From: a virus
Length of the DNA stretch: 64,000 nt
Strand: one strand, 5' to 3'
IMG/VR virus record: IMGVR_UViG_3300011269_000001
Below are positions 19,647 through 28,952 of this stretch, piece after piece (the stretch's first letter is position 1; each line of letters opens with the position of its first letter). The notes below the pieces were generated by a model. It saw nothing but the letters and a program-made list of their open reading frames with translations. It was not told the origin of the DNA and ran no database searches. The position numbers and the translations under genes were made by a program.

Positions 19647-20684
19647 ATGGTGACATATCTTGACGTCGGCGACCCGCACGTCAAGGTCACGGAATTGGAA
19701 GAATGCGGGCGCCTGGCGGATGAAGTTCTTGCCCTGGCTCGGGCAAAGAAGGTTGACAAGATTCTAGTGACCGGCGATTGTTTTCATAGTTTTGCGCTCC
19801 TGCGTCAGGAAGTCATTCGCTATTGGAAGGATACTTTCAAGAAGTGGACTCAGCCAAAAGCTATCGAAGGTACTCTCGGGATTGTCTGCCCGCCGGAGTT
19901 TGAAGTCATCATCACGCCCGGGAACCATGATATGACCGGCGACGGCACGACCGCGGACAAATTGAATGCCTTGATGATGTTTGAAGGTACCCCTGGGGTC
20001 ACCATCGTCAGCAGACCCATGGTCATAGACAAGATGCTCATGCTTCCCTACTATCCTGACCCTCGGGAATTCGTGAAAGTCTGCAATCAGTACAAGGATT
20101 GCCTGACCGTGTACTGCCACCAGGAATTTAACGGCTCTGAATATGAGAACGGCCTGTTCTCGAAGAATGGTGTCAACCCTGAGGACATCCCCCAGAGTCA
20201 AGTCATCAGCGGCCACATTCACAAAGCCCAAAATTTTGGAAAGATTTTCTACGTGGGTTCTCCGCGGTGGCTGACGGCCAGCGATGCCAATCAAAATAAG
20301 GCCTTGTGGGTCATAACTCATGGTCCAAATGGGACCGTTGCCAGCGCCACCGCTCACTCTACGGAGGGGTACTGCCGGAAGATAGTCGAAGTTGATGACA
20401 CTCCCGAAAGTCCCTTCAATGAAGCCTCTCTCAACCCAAATCATGAATACGTCATCAACGTTCGGGGACCATCAGCTTGGTTGGAATCTCGCAAACCCCT
20501 GTGGACCGGTCGTGCTCGTCCTCGAATGGTCAATACCGACGTGCAAGTTGCCCGGGTGAAAGAGAGCGAAGGCATTTCGGTAGCCTTTCAAAAGTTCGCG
20601 GCCGCTTACCAGCCAAAGTTCGGGACGGAGCTGGCAATCTTGAAAGCAATGGCAGAAGAAAGGCTGTTTGGCCATGTCGCTTAA
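19647..20684 (+). CDS. Mre11/SbcD/gp47-like nuclease
   Basis: GDPH, TGDCFH, GNHD, HQ, SGHIH, YVGSP. Confidence 0.9.
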   Translation: MVTYLDVGDPHVKVTELEECGRLADEVLALARAKKVDKILVTGDCFHSFALLRQEVIRYWKDTFKKWTQPKAIEGTLGIVCPPEFEVIITPGNHDMTGDGTTADKLNALMMFEGTPGVTIVSRPMVIDKMLMLPYYPDPREFVKVCNQYKDCLTVYCHQEFNGSEYENGLFSKNGVNPEDIPQSQVISGHIHKAQNFGKIFYVGSPRWLTASDANQNKALWVITHGPNGTVASATAHSTEGYCRKIVEVDDTPESPFNEASLNPNHEYVINVRGPSAWLESRKPLWTGRARPRMVNTDVQVARVKESEGISVAFQKFAAAYQPKFGTELAILKAMAEERLFGHVA

Positions 20685-21084
20685 TCCACTTAATATTGAC
20701 ATGGAGCGCGCTCTTTCGTCGCTAGTCGACAAGAATGCTCTCCAGCAAGTACAGAGCCTGCGAAAAATGACGGAGTGGACTGGGCAAGTATTTGAATTCC
20801 AGCTCGCTAACCTGAAGCTATGGCCTCTAGTTTTGTTCAAGCACATAGCCACGAACGAGGTTCGGGTTGACACTGACAGCAAGGAAATCACGTTCATTCT
20901 TCAGCCCAAGCCTAAGGCAAGGAAGCCTTCAGACCTGAAGAACAACTTGGCGATTCTGGATTACTCAGTTCGAAAACTTCTCGGTCGTGATTGGCTCATC
21001 AAGGTGAGAATCGGCAATGTGCAAGTCCACCGAGGAGAAAAGTATGACAGAGCAATCTCTGACAGTTCAATCGCAGCCAATTGA
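20674..21084 (+). CDS. hypothetical protein
   Basis: ORF in operon. Confidence 0.6.
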   Translation: MSLNPLNIDMERALSSLVDKNALQQVQSLRKMTEWTGQVFEFQLANLKLWPLVLFKHIATNEVRVDTDSKEITFILQPKPKARKPSDLKNNLAILDYSVRKLLGRDWLIKVRIGNVQVHRGEKYDRAISDSSIAAN

Positions 21085-21655
21085 GCAGCTTCTAAACATA
21101 CGAGAGCAGGAAGCCCACGAGAAGTACCTCCGTGGCGGCGGTGCTCCGTTGGCGCCCTCGACGGCTGGGAAGTTCTTTGAACTATTTCTTCAGGGCCATA
21201 GCTGTGAGGAGATTGCCAAGCTCAACCCAGGCTTTGGTCTCGGCATCGTCGTCAAGGCTCGTCTTGACCACCACTGGGATGACCTCCGTAACGAACACAT
21301 GCTGGAGTTGATGAAGGGCATCCGCAGTCGTGTGCAACAATCACACCTTGAGGCTGTGGTCTTTGCCGCCGACGCCATGGCTGTTTACCACAAGCTTATG
21401 GGTGACAAGTTCAAGAAGTTCTTGCAGACCGGCGACCCGGCTGAGTTGGGAGAGTTCAAAAACGCTAGCTTCAGGACGTACAAGGATTTTGTCGACATGC
21501 TGCTCAAGCTCACGGGACAAGATGGGGCCAAGAAAGCTCCACCGATTGACCCTTACCACAATCCCCAGGCGGTCGAGCAACCAGGCCCCCCAAAGGCCAT
21601 GACGGCAGATGAAGCCCGGATGACCATCAGGGGCTACGTGAAGAGAGTCAAGTGA
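21044..21655 (+). CDS. putative terminase small subunit
   Basis: HTH-like FLQGHSCEEIAK, GAGGAG SD, overlaps the terL start. Confidence 0.5.
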   Translation: MTEQSLTVQSQPIEQLLNIREQEAHEKYLRGGGAPLAPSTAGKFFELFLQGHSCEEIAKLNPGFGLGIVVKARLDHHWDDLRNEHMLELMKGIRSRVQQSHLEAVVFAADAMAVYHKLMGDKFKKFLQTGDPAELGEFKNASFRTYKDFVDMLLKLTGQDGAKKAPPIDPYHNPQAVEQPGPPKAMTADEARMTIRGYVKRVK

Positions 21656-23595
21656 GCGACCTGACAGAATCAGATAAGGCCCGGCTAGCCAATGCTGTAT
21701 TCTTTTCCTGTGAGACGAAGGAAGACCTTCAGGATTGGATACGGTGTTACATAGGTCTTGACCTTCCGGATTGTATCGTTGACCCTGAATCAACTTCTTC
21801 CCCGATGGACTTTGTCTGGGAAGTTTACAACGAGAGCCGCAAGAATAAGCCAGCTTTCAGTCGAATTCTGGCCTACAGCTGCCGAGACGGTTTCAAAACA
21901 TTAGGCGCATCGATTCTTGAAGCGTTAATGATTTTGCACATGGGCCGCAGTGGCGCTCACATGGCAGCTACTGAAATTCAGTCTAAGAAAGCTCAGAGCT
22001 ACGTCAAGGACTTTTTCAACAAATCTTTCCTAACCCCTTTCGTTACGGTCCGCAACGACCGCCGGTTGGAATATCTTCGTTTTTTCAATCCAGAGCTTGG
22101 CGAGAACCTGACGCAGGCTCAATGGGAAGGTCTTCCCGAAGCTGTTCGGGAAACGTACGAAAGAATCTACAACTACATTCAAATTGTCATCTGTAATACC
22201 GCCGGTTCCCGAAGCGAGCACGTCCCTTACATGTCCGTGGACGAAATTGACGTCATCCCGACTGAAAACAAGAAAGCCTATGAAGACGCGAAGTACATCC
22301 CTGCTCCTTGGAAAGGAAAGCAACCTATTACCGTTCTGACTTCCACTCGGGAATTCTCGTGGGCTATTGTTCAAAGGGAAATCGACAATGCTGCGAACAC
22401 TGGTCTTGAGGTTCGGCATTGGAACATTATCGACGTCACAGAATCTTGCCCGCCGGGAAGACATCTTCCAGCCGAGCCCAAGATTCCCATCTACTACAGC
22501 CGGGAGAACCTCCGAGCCATCAGCGAAGTTGAGTACGAGAACCTAAACGATGAGCACAAGACCCTTTATGCCCGGGATGAAGGATACGCCGGCTGTCTGA
22601 AGAATTGCAAGCTCTTTGCTGTTTGTCGTGGGCGGCTCGCCACCATGCAAAAGTCCAAGTCCCCACTCTTGAAGGGCATTGACTACGTTCAGGACAAGTT
22701 CAAGGAAGTTTCTGTTTCTGGCGCCAAAGCCCAACTCCTTTGCTGGAAGCCCTCGGACACGGGTTTGATTTATCCGAACCTCAATCGTGAAATCCATGCC
22801 CTTACTGCTGCTCAGATGTGGCAGAAAATAACCGCCGAAGAGTGCGACCCAAATCTGACGAAGCTACAACTCATTCAACTTATGCTCGAACGGGGAATGA
22901 GATTCTTTGCCGGCATCGACTATGGTTTCAGTCACAACTATGCTGTTGTTACCGGTGCCGTCGACGGAGCAAATGCTTACGTTCTCGACGTTATAGCCAT
23001 AGCTGGTCTGGAACTGGACCAGAAGATAGAACATACCCAGAGAATCAGACCCTGGAATCCGACCTGCTTTGGCGACCCCGAAGCTCCAGCGGATACGAAG
23101 ACCTTCAAACGCAAGGGCTTCAAAATGAAGGAGTGGGTCAAATATCCAGGAAGCGTGAAGGCTGGCATTGAAGTTGTGCGGATGAAGCTCATGCCGGCCA
23201 TGGGCAATCCGACCCTTTTCTTCCTGAAGGGCGATGCTGGTGTCGAGTTCTTGTTGAAGATGATGAGCAAGTATCACTTCAAGCTCAATGCCGACGGGAC
23301 TGTCAGCGAAATACCAGCCGAGGAAAACGATGACGAATGTGACGCCATTCGGTACTACATCATGAACGTTTTCGCGCCGAAGGGAAAAATAAAATCCAGT
23401 ATTGAATCCGAAGGCATGGTGCAGACATACGTGGACTCTGAATATCCGGAGGTTCTGGCGGCAAAGCGGGAACAGTATACCGAAGAGAACTGGATGTCCA
23501 AAATCATTGCCGAAAACACCGGCGAGGAAATTCCTGAATCTGAACAACCGACGACTAAGGGGAAGAAGGGAAGTTTCGTCTGGGATATCAGTTAG
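21652..23595 (+). CDS. terL: terminase large subunit
   Basis: Walker A-like CRDGFKT, Walker B SVDEID, TST, nuclease GIDYG and DDECDAIRY. Confidence 0.88.
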   Translation: MSDLTESDKARLANAVFFSCETKEDLQDWIRCYIGLDLPDCIVDPESTSSPMDFVWEVYNESRKNKPAFSRILAYSCRDGFKTLGASILEALMILHMGRSGAHMAATEIQSKKAQSYVKDFFNKSFLTPFVTVRNDRRLEYLRFFNPELGENLTQAQWEGLPEAVRETYERIYNYIQIVICNTAGSRSEHVPYMSVDEIDVIPTENKKAYEDAKYIPAPWKGKQPITVLTSTREFSWAIVQREIDNAANTGLEVRHWNIIDVTESCPPGRHLPAEPKIPIYYSRENLRAISEVEYENLNDEHKTLYARDEGYAGCLKNCKLFAVCRGRLATMQKSKSPLLKGIDYVQDKFKEVSVSGAKAQLLCWKPSDTGLIYPNLNREIHALTAAQMWQKITAEECDPNLTKLQLIQLMLERGMRFFAGIDYGFSHNYAVVTGAVDGANAYVLDVIAIAGLELDQKIEHTQRIRPWNPTCFGDPEAPADTKTFKRKGFKMKEWVKYPGSVKAGIEVVRMKLMPAMGNPTLFFLKGDAGVEFLLKMMSKYHFKLNADGTVSEIPAEENDDECDAIRYYIMNVFAPKGKIKSSIESEGMVQTYVDSEYPEVLAAKREQYTEENWMSKIIAENTGEEIPESEQPTTKGKKGSFVWDIS

Positions 23596-23643
23596 CCCGG
23601 CGACAATCTTCTCCGTAGGCGCGAGGAAGCCCGAGACCAAACT

Positions 23644-24633
23644 ATGCCCAATGCCTTCATGAACTTAATTGCCAAGGTCCTGGCGTTCAGTGACGCGATT
23701 TCCAACAGCAATCCGTTGCTCAAAAACGTCGATTGGGACAGAGAGCAACTTGGGATTCCGGTCACGGACCCACGTGCGACTCCGTACACCATCGACCCTC
23801 AGGCTACGTTTCTGGTCTTCAATGGCCAGCGGACTACGGCCATCGACGGTACCACAGCTTTCACGGTTACTCTTTCGTCCCTGGACCCGAGTACTTATCG
23901 TTTCACTGCCGTCAGCGGCACTCCCCCAGGCCTTCGAACCAACAGAAACCTAGCCCTCAATGGTAGCGCCGTTACCATTGCCGTCAACGCCAACCAAACC
24001 GTCAACATCAGCGTTGTTTCGGCAGCAGACTTTACCGGAACCATTGTCGGTGACATTGTCTTCATCCCCGGACCTATCACCGGCGACGCGGCAACTCCTT
24101 TCAGTGCCCTGAATCAGGGCTTCTGGCAGGTCCTGTCCGTTGTCACCAGTAAGAACCTTGTCTTGACGAGGCCCCCTGGCCAGTCTTTTAGTGGGACCTC
24201 CGAAACCCAGACCCTGACGGCGTCTTCTCAGGTCCAAGCTTTCTCGGCTGCTGGAGTCCAGGTTGGTGACATCGTGGATATCACCGCTGGATTCTCGATC
24301 GGGACCCGAACCACGTTTGTGGTCAAGACCGTGACAGCTACGTTCTTTGAAATTGTGGCTTCGACCCCAATTGCTTTGGATACCAGCGTTCTTCCCGGTG
24401 CCACGGGTCTGATTTTCTACACTCTTGGCCGGACGTTCTTGTACATCGAAGTTGACCAGGAAGCTGCCGTCCAGGTGAACAACGATGTGGGTCAAACGCA
24501 GCGGGTAGCACCAATCATTCCCGCAGACCCGTTGAATGTCGGCATCTACATGAAGAAAGGCCCGGCGTACGCCCTTTCGATTGTGAATCGAACTGTTTTC
24601 CCGCTACACGCCCTCGTCATCTCGGCTCTGTAA
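23644..24633 (+). CDS. virion structural protein (beta-rich, Thr/Val/Gly-rich)
   Basis: composition; position between terL and portal; upstream CAATCTT motif. Confidence 0.6.
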   Translation: MPNAFMNLIAKVLAFSDAISNSNPLLKNVDWDREQLGIPVTDPRATPYTIDPQATFLVFNGQRTTAIDGTTAFTVTLSSLDPSTYRFTAVSGTPPGLRTNRNLALNGSAVTIAVNANQTVNISVVSAADFTGTIVGDIVFIPGPITGDAATPFSALNQGFWQVLSVVTSKNLVLTRPPGQSFSGTSETQTLTASSQVQAFSAAGVQVGDIVDITAGFSIGTRTTFVVKTVTATFFEIVASTPIALDTSVLPGATGLIFYTLGRTFLYIEVDQEAAVQVNNDVGQTQRVAPIIPADPLNVGIYMKKGPAYALSIVNRTVFPLHALVISAL

Positions 24634-24636
24634 ATC

Positions 24637-26847
24637 ATGGCCAAAAAGACTTCCATAGAAGCGGACCTCTCACCGTTCGCTAAAAGCCTCATCGAGACTG
24701 TTGTCAGCAATCGGCCGACCAAGGTGGCTAAGTCTGTAAAAAAGGGCAGCGGCAACATCCAGATGATGATGAATTACCCTTCCTTTGACGATACCCTCAA
24801 CGTCCTGGAGGCAGCGGAATTTAAGAAGCTCGAAGAGGAACTGAATAAGAAAGTAGCAAGTTCCAGTCCTCTTGTGAAGTCGGTTCTTAACGTCCTCAAC
24901 GGACCAGGCAAGGTCAGCATTGAGCGGTTGGCCTTTGAGACAGACCCCAGCCAACACAACATTTACCAGAGTGTCTACCGGGTAAAGCTTCGGCTCCTGC
25001 CCGATGACATCCTGAAGCGAATCAGTATCCAAGACGACCTTGTGGCGTCTATTGCCAACGCCCGCTGCAACCAGGTAGCTGTCTTCGGACGTCCACAGCC
25101 AGACCGCTTCGGAACCGGATTCAAGATTGAAGCTGAGCCCGGGTATATGGAGAAGTTGGACAAGGAAGAGAAGAAAAAACTCCAGGAGAAGATTCGTAAG
25201 GCCGAATTGAGGCTCCTGAATTGCGGTAGCACCACCGGCTGGTCTGACAAAGAGGCCCTGACCTTCAATCAGTTTCTGTTCATCTCTGCCCGCAATGCGG
25301 TCATCTTCGGTCGGACGGCAACGGAAATCATTTTCAAGAAGACCATGGATGGTAATAGGGAATTCCATTCTTTCAGGCCCATCGACGCCGGTACTATCTA
25401 CCAAGCTTCGCCCCAAAGGGAAGCAGTGGAAAGCGTCCGCCAAGAAGCTCGAAAGCTGTTGGAGCAACTCAAGAACCGAAAACTGGAGCCGGAGAAGTTC
25501 GCGAATGACGAATACGCCTGGGTCCAAGTTGTTCACGGTCGTCCGGTGCAGGCTTTCACTCCTGATGAATGCTTAGTCCACAACTTCTATCCGGTCTCTG
25601 ACGTTGAACTTGACGGGTATCCGTTGACGCCAATCGACACGATGATTGCTGCGGTCACGACCCATATCAATATCACGAACCATAATAAGCTCTATTTCCA
25701 ATCCGGTCGCGCAGCCCGTGGCATGATTGTCATCAAGTCGGATGACGTCGACGAGGGAGTTATCTCCAAGATTCGGCAGCAGTTCAACGCCAGCATCAAC
25801 AGTGTTGCCAACGCATGGCGTATGCCCATCTTTGGCGTCGGCAGCGATGATGAGATTGGCTGGTATCCAATCGACAACAGTAGCCGCGACATGGAATTCC
25901 AGTATCTTTCTGATACGAATGCCCGGGTTATTCTCTCTGCGTTCCAGATGAGTCCTGAGGAACTCCCGGGCTACGCACACCTGAGTCGTGGTACCAACAA
26001 TCAGGCTCTCTCAGAAAGTAATAACGAATACAAGCTCGAAGCCCACCGTGACGTTGGCATCAGACCCCTAGTGGGCCAGTTCCAGAACTTTATTAACAGC
26101 CGAATCTTCCCGCTGATTGACGAGGAACTGGCGAAGATTTGTACCATCAAGTTCATTGGCCTCGACGTAGATACTGCCGAAAAGGAAGCCATTAGACTCC
26201 AGCAGGACATGGGCATTCACATGACCATGGACGATGTTCTGGAGCGCGTCGAGAAGAAGCCGCTTGGGAAGAAATTTGGCGGCAAGTTTATCCTCAATCC
26301 TCAATGGCAGGCTGTCCTTGACAAGTATGTGCCCGTGGGCGTCATCATGGAGGAATTTTTTGAAGTCCCAGGCGCCAGCAAAGACCCTCTCTATGCGTAT
26401 CTCCGGGACCCGTTCTATTTCACGCAGGTTCAGAATCTCATGCAGCAACAGCAGCTGCAACAGCAAGCCGAGCAGGCTAAGCAAGCCGCAGCTCAAGGTC
26501 AGCCACTGCCTGGACAAGAAGGCCCCCCTTCGGATAGTGGTGGTGATGGTGGACCGGCGAAGAGTCGTGAGCAGCATGGAGCAGACCGCGAGCAGGTCAA
26601 GGAACAGGGCGAACAAGGCGGCTCTGACCAATCTGCTGGTGACCAAGGTCAGGACCTGACTCGGTCCATCGACCAAATGATTGGACTCCTTAGCAAGAGC
26701 GAAAACCAATTGCCTCCTTCCAAACGACGCCTGATAGCTCAACAACGGAAGCTGGTGACCAGCGCCCTTGAAGCCTGGGAAAAAGATAGCCAGGACACGC
26801 TGAAGGAAATCACCGATATCGCGCTGAAACATCTGCCGAGGAAATAG
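24637..26847 (+). CDS. portal protein
   Basis: FRPIDAGTI, NKLYFQSGRAARGMI, AWRMPI, DMEFQ, FQMSPEEL, GIRPL; position in head module. Confidence 0.88.
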   Translation: MAKKTSIEADLSPFAKSLIETVVSNRPTKVAKSVKKGSGNIQMMMNYPSFDDTLNVLEAAEFKKLEEELNKKVASSSPLVKSVLNVLNGPGKVSIERLAFETDPSQHNIYQSVYRVKLRLLPDDILKRISIQDDLVASIANARCNQVAVFGRPQPDRFGTGFKIEAEPGYMEKLDKEEKKKLQEKIRKAELRLLNCGSTTGWSDKEALTFNQFLFISARNAVIFGRTATEIIFKKTMDGNREFHSFRPIDAGTIYQASPQREAVESVRQEARKLLEQLKNRKLEPEKFANDEYAWVQVVHGRPVQAFTPDECLVHNFYPVSDVELDGYPLTPIDTMIAAVTTHINITNHNKLYFQSGRAARGMIVIKSDDVDEGVISKIRQQFNASINSVANAWRMPIFGVGSDDEIGWYPIDNSSRDMEFQYLSDTNARVILSAFQMSPEELPGYAHLSRGTNNQALSESNNEYKLEAHRDVGIRPLVGQFQNFINSRIFPLIDEELAKICTIKFIGLDVDTAEKEAIRLQQDMGIHMTMDDVLERVEKKPLGKKFGGKFILNPQWQAVLDKYVPVGVIMEEFFEVPGASKDPLYAYLRDPFYFTQVQNLMQQQQLQQQAEQAKQAAAQGQPLPGQEGPPSDSGGDGGPAKSREQHGADREQVKEQGEQGGSDQSAGDQGQDLTRSIDQMIGLLSKSENQLPPSKRRLIAQQRKLVTSALEAWEKDSQDTLKEITDIALKHLPRK

Positions 26848-26849
26848 CC

Positions 26850-27605
26850 ATGAAGGCTAGGCTTTCTCCCGGTGCGGTCAAAATCATAGAAGATGCTGTC
26901 GATGAAATCTTCAACCGGGCCAAGACCCGGCTTCTGGGTCGTTATGCCGGAGGCAAAACCTTGGCTGTTGGCTTCCTTCATGAACTTACCTTGCCTGGGG
27001 TCTTCGAAGCGGCTGCGGCCGAAGAAGGCGTGAAGCCAAGCGAAGATGTCCTGAATACAGTCCTGAAAATTGCCGGCAACTACCTGGATGCGAGCAAGCT
27101 CCGGGCCAAGGCCAAGATAGTCCACGGGGTCCAGTCGTTCATTACCGGGGCCGCGCATCAGGGTGTACCGGCGAACGTTGAGACGGTGCTCGGGGGCCAG
27201 CTATCAAAGCTCTGGGGCGAAGTCACGAACGATGTCAGCCGAATCATTCAGACTGAGACCACCCAGGCTCGAAACCTGAGCATCATGGATGGTATCGTGC
27301 GGGTAAATGCTGCCGCGGGAGTCGAAGACCCAAACGTATTTTTTGTCGTGGTCCGGGACATTTCTCTCTGCCCTGAGTGTCGGCGTCTTCACTTAAATGC
27401 TGGCGGTACTCCCCGAGTCTATAAACTTTCCGAAGTCGGCCACGGGTACCACAAGCCAGGGGAAGATGACCCGAAGGTCGGGGGATTGCATCCACTTTGT
27501 CGCTGCGTGCTTACGACTCTTATGCCTGGCTACGGGTTCAACAAGGATGGCATGGTCGAATACAAAGGCCCAGGCCATGATGAGTACGCCAAACAGAACA
27601 GCTAG
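26850..27605 (+). CDS. MuF/SPP1 gp7-like head morphogenesis protein
   Basis: RIIQTET, CPECRRL, HPLCRC; follows portal. Confidence 0.8.
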   Translation: MKARLSPGAVKIIEDAVDEIFNRAKTRLLGRYAGGKTLAVGFLHELTLPGVFEAAAAEEGVKPSEDVLNTVLKIAGNYLDASKLRAKAKIVHGVQSFITGAAHQGVPANVETVLGGQLSKLWGEVTNDVSRIIQTETTQARNLSIMDGIVRVNAAAGVEDPNVFFVVVRDISLCPECRRLHLNAGGTPRVYKLSEVGHGYHKPGEDDPKVGGLHPLCRCVLTTLMPGYGFNKDGMVEYKGPGHDEYAKQNS

Positions 27606-27751
27606 CTGATTATCTTAGTCTGAGTTCCCTTGTTAGAGTTGTATGCCACTAGATACCCGTTTCGTTTCTGGGGGTCCACGGTAACAACTCCCGACGTCGT
27701 GTAAATAACCACCGTGCCGTTTTCGACAACTACGCTTTTCACATTTGCCAT
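27602..27751 (-). CDS. 49-aa hypothetical protein (not in ORF track)
   Basis: MANVKSVVVENGTVVIYTT...; start lies within a 16-bp palindrome. Confidence 0.3.
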   Translation of the reverse strand: MANVKSVVVENGTVVIYTTSGVVTVDPQKRNGYLVAYNSNKGTQTKIIS

Positions 27752-27798
27752 GGCAAATTCTTTCAGAAAAAATTGGACCATTGCCGCGAGCCAGCGGT

Positions 27799-28254
27799 TT
27801 AGATGGTAGCTTTCTGCATTTTGACGTGACTTTCGTCGTAGGTGACGTCGAGAACGTTCTCGCCGGCCCCATCGACGTTGATATCCGGAAGCTTCCTCGA
27901 CCAGGTAGAAACCCCTTCCTCTACAGAAATAGTCCCGTCAAGGAAGTCGCCGTTGACCACGACTCGGCTTTCGGCTGCATCGCGGAGGAATTTCGGCGCC
28001 AGCGCCACGGCGCCATCGCCATTGATTCGAAAGGCTCCGGCTGGTCGAACCATTTCCCGGCCATCGCTTCGGGTCTCAGTCACCCGGTAGACGCTGCCGG
28101 TTATGGCTCCGTCGTCGTGCTCACGGTTACTGGATTCCCAGAAATAGGCCTTACCTTTGACCGTGTAGGTATTTTGGCTCTTGGTGGAAATCAGACAAGC
28201 CGCGGTCCATTTCCGGAGGGTTTCCGCTGCGGCGCTAGAGTAGCTGGTGCCCAT
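27799..28254 (-). CDS. hypothetical protein, antisense moron in the head module
   Basis: AAGGAG SD; own TTGACT-N17-TAGAAG promoter-like sequence near 28298-28326. Confidence 0.65.
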   Translation of the reverse strand: MGTSYSSAAAETLRKWTAACLISTKSQNTYTVKGKAYFWESSNREHDDGAITGSVYRVTETRSDGREMVRPAGAFRINGDGAVALAPKFLRDAAESRVVVNGDFLDGTISVEEGVSTWSRKLPDINVDGAGENVLDVTYDESHVKMQKATI

Positions 28255-28392
28255 GTACGACTCCTTTAAGTCGAAAAATAAAAATCATCAATAAGTCTTC
28301 TACACCCGACTCCTGGAAAAGTCAAGCTCTGTCCAACTTTTTGTTTCATTATAGCGATAATCTTACCTCTGCGGGAAGAAGGGGACCGGCGC

Positions 28393-28917
28393 ATGTCGCT
28401 ACTCACACTGCTCAACAGCAAATTTGACCCGGGACCACCGGCTCAATCCGGCATGCTTACTCTATCAGAGAAGCAGGCCCTTGACCAGTTTTTCACCAAC
28501 CTGCTGCCTTTGGCGCAATTCCGCAGAGACGCTATCTCCGACAGCATTTCTGCCCTTTTGGACAACGCGGTCCCGCCCTCGAACAACCTTCCTTCCATTC
28601 TCGGGGCTCCAGCCGCTGGTACTGCCTTCTCCAGCTCGCGCTCTGACCATTCACACGGTTGGGGAGTGCAAGCCGGTTCTGCGATTGCATCGGCTGCGAC
28701 CATTGCTCCCTTTGCCGGCGTTCATCACGTCACCGGGACAGCTGCTATCAACACCATCACCCCGCCCTATGCCGGTTTTACCGGTTCCATTCGCTTGATT
28801 CCAGATGGCCTTTGGACTCTGGCCACCGGCGGGAACATTGCCTTGGCTTCGACCGCGGTAGTCAGTCGAGCCCTAACGGTCACTTTCGACGGTACCTCCT
28901 GGTACCCGAGCTACTAA
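28393..28917 (+). CDS. virion structural protein
   Basis: SRSDHSH fibre-type motif, FDGTSW C-terminus, upstream TAATCTT motif. Confidence 0.6.
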   Translation: MSLLTLLNSKFDPGPPAQSGMLTLSEKQALDQFFTNLLPLAQFRRDAISDSISALLDNAVPPSNNLPSILGAPAAGTAFSSSRSDHSHGWGVQAGSAIASAATIAPFAGVHHVTGTAAINTITPPYAGFTGSIRLIPDGLWTLATGGNIALASTAVVSRALTVTFDGTSWYPSY

Positions 28918-28952
28918 AGACACAATCTTAATTCCTTAGAGGAGAGAAACAA

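Noticed and set aside
360-23595. Inteins or introns in DnaE, NrdJ, helicase or terminase
   Set aside because: ORFs are continuous and no intein splice motifs or LAGLIDADG blocks were seen
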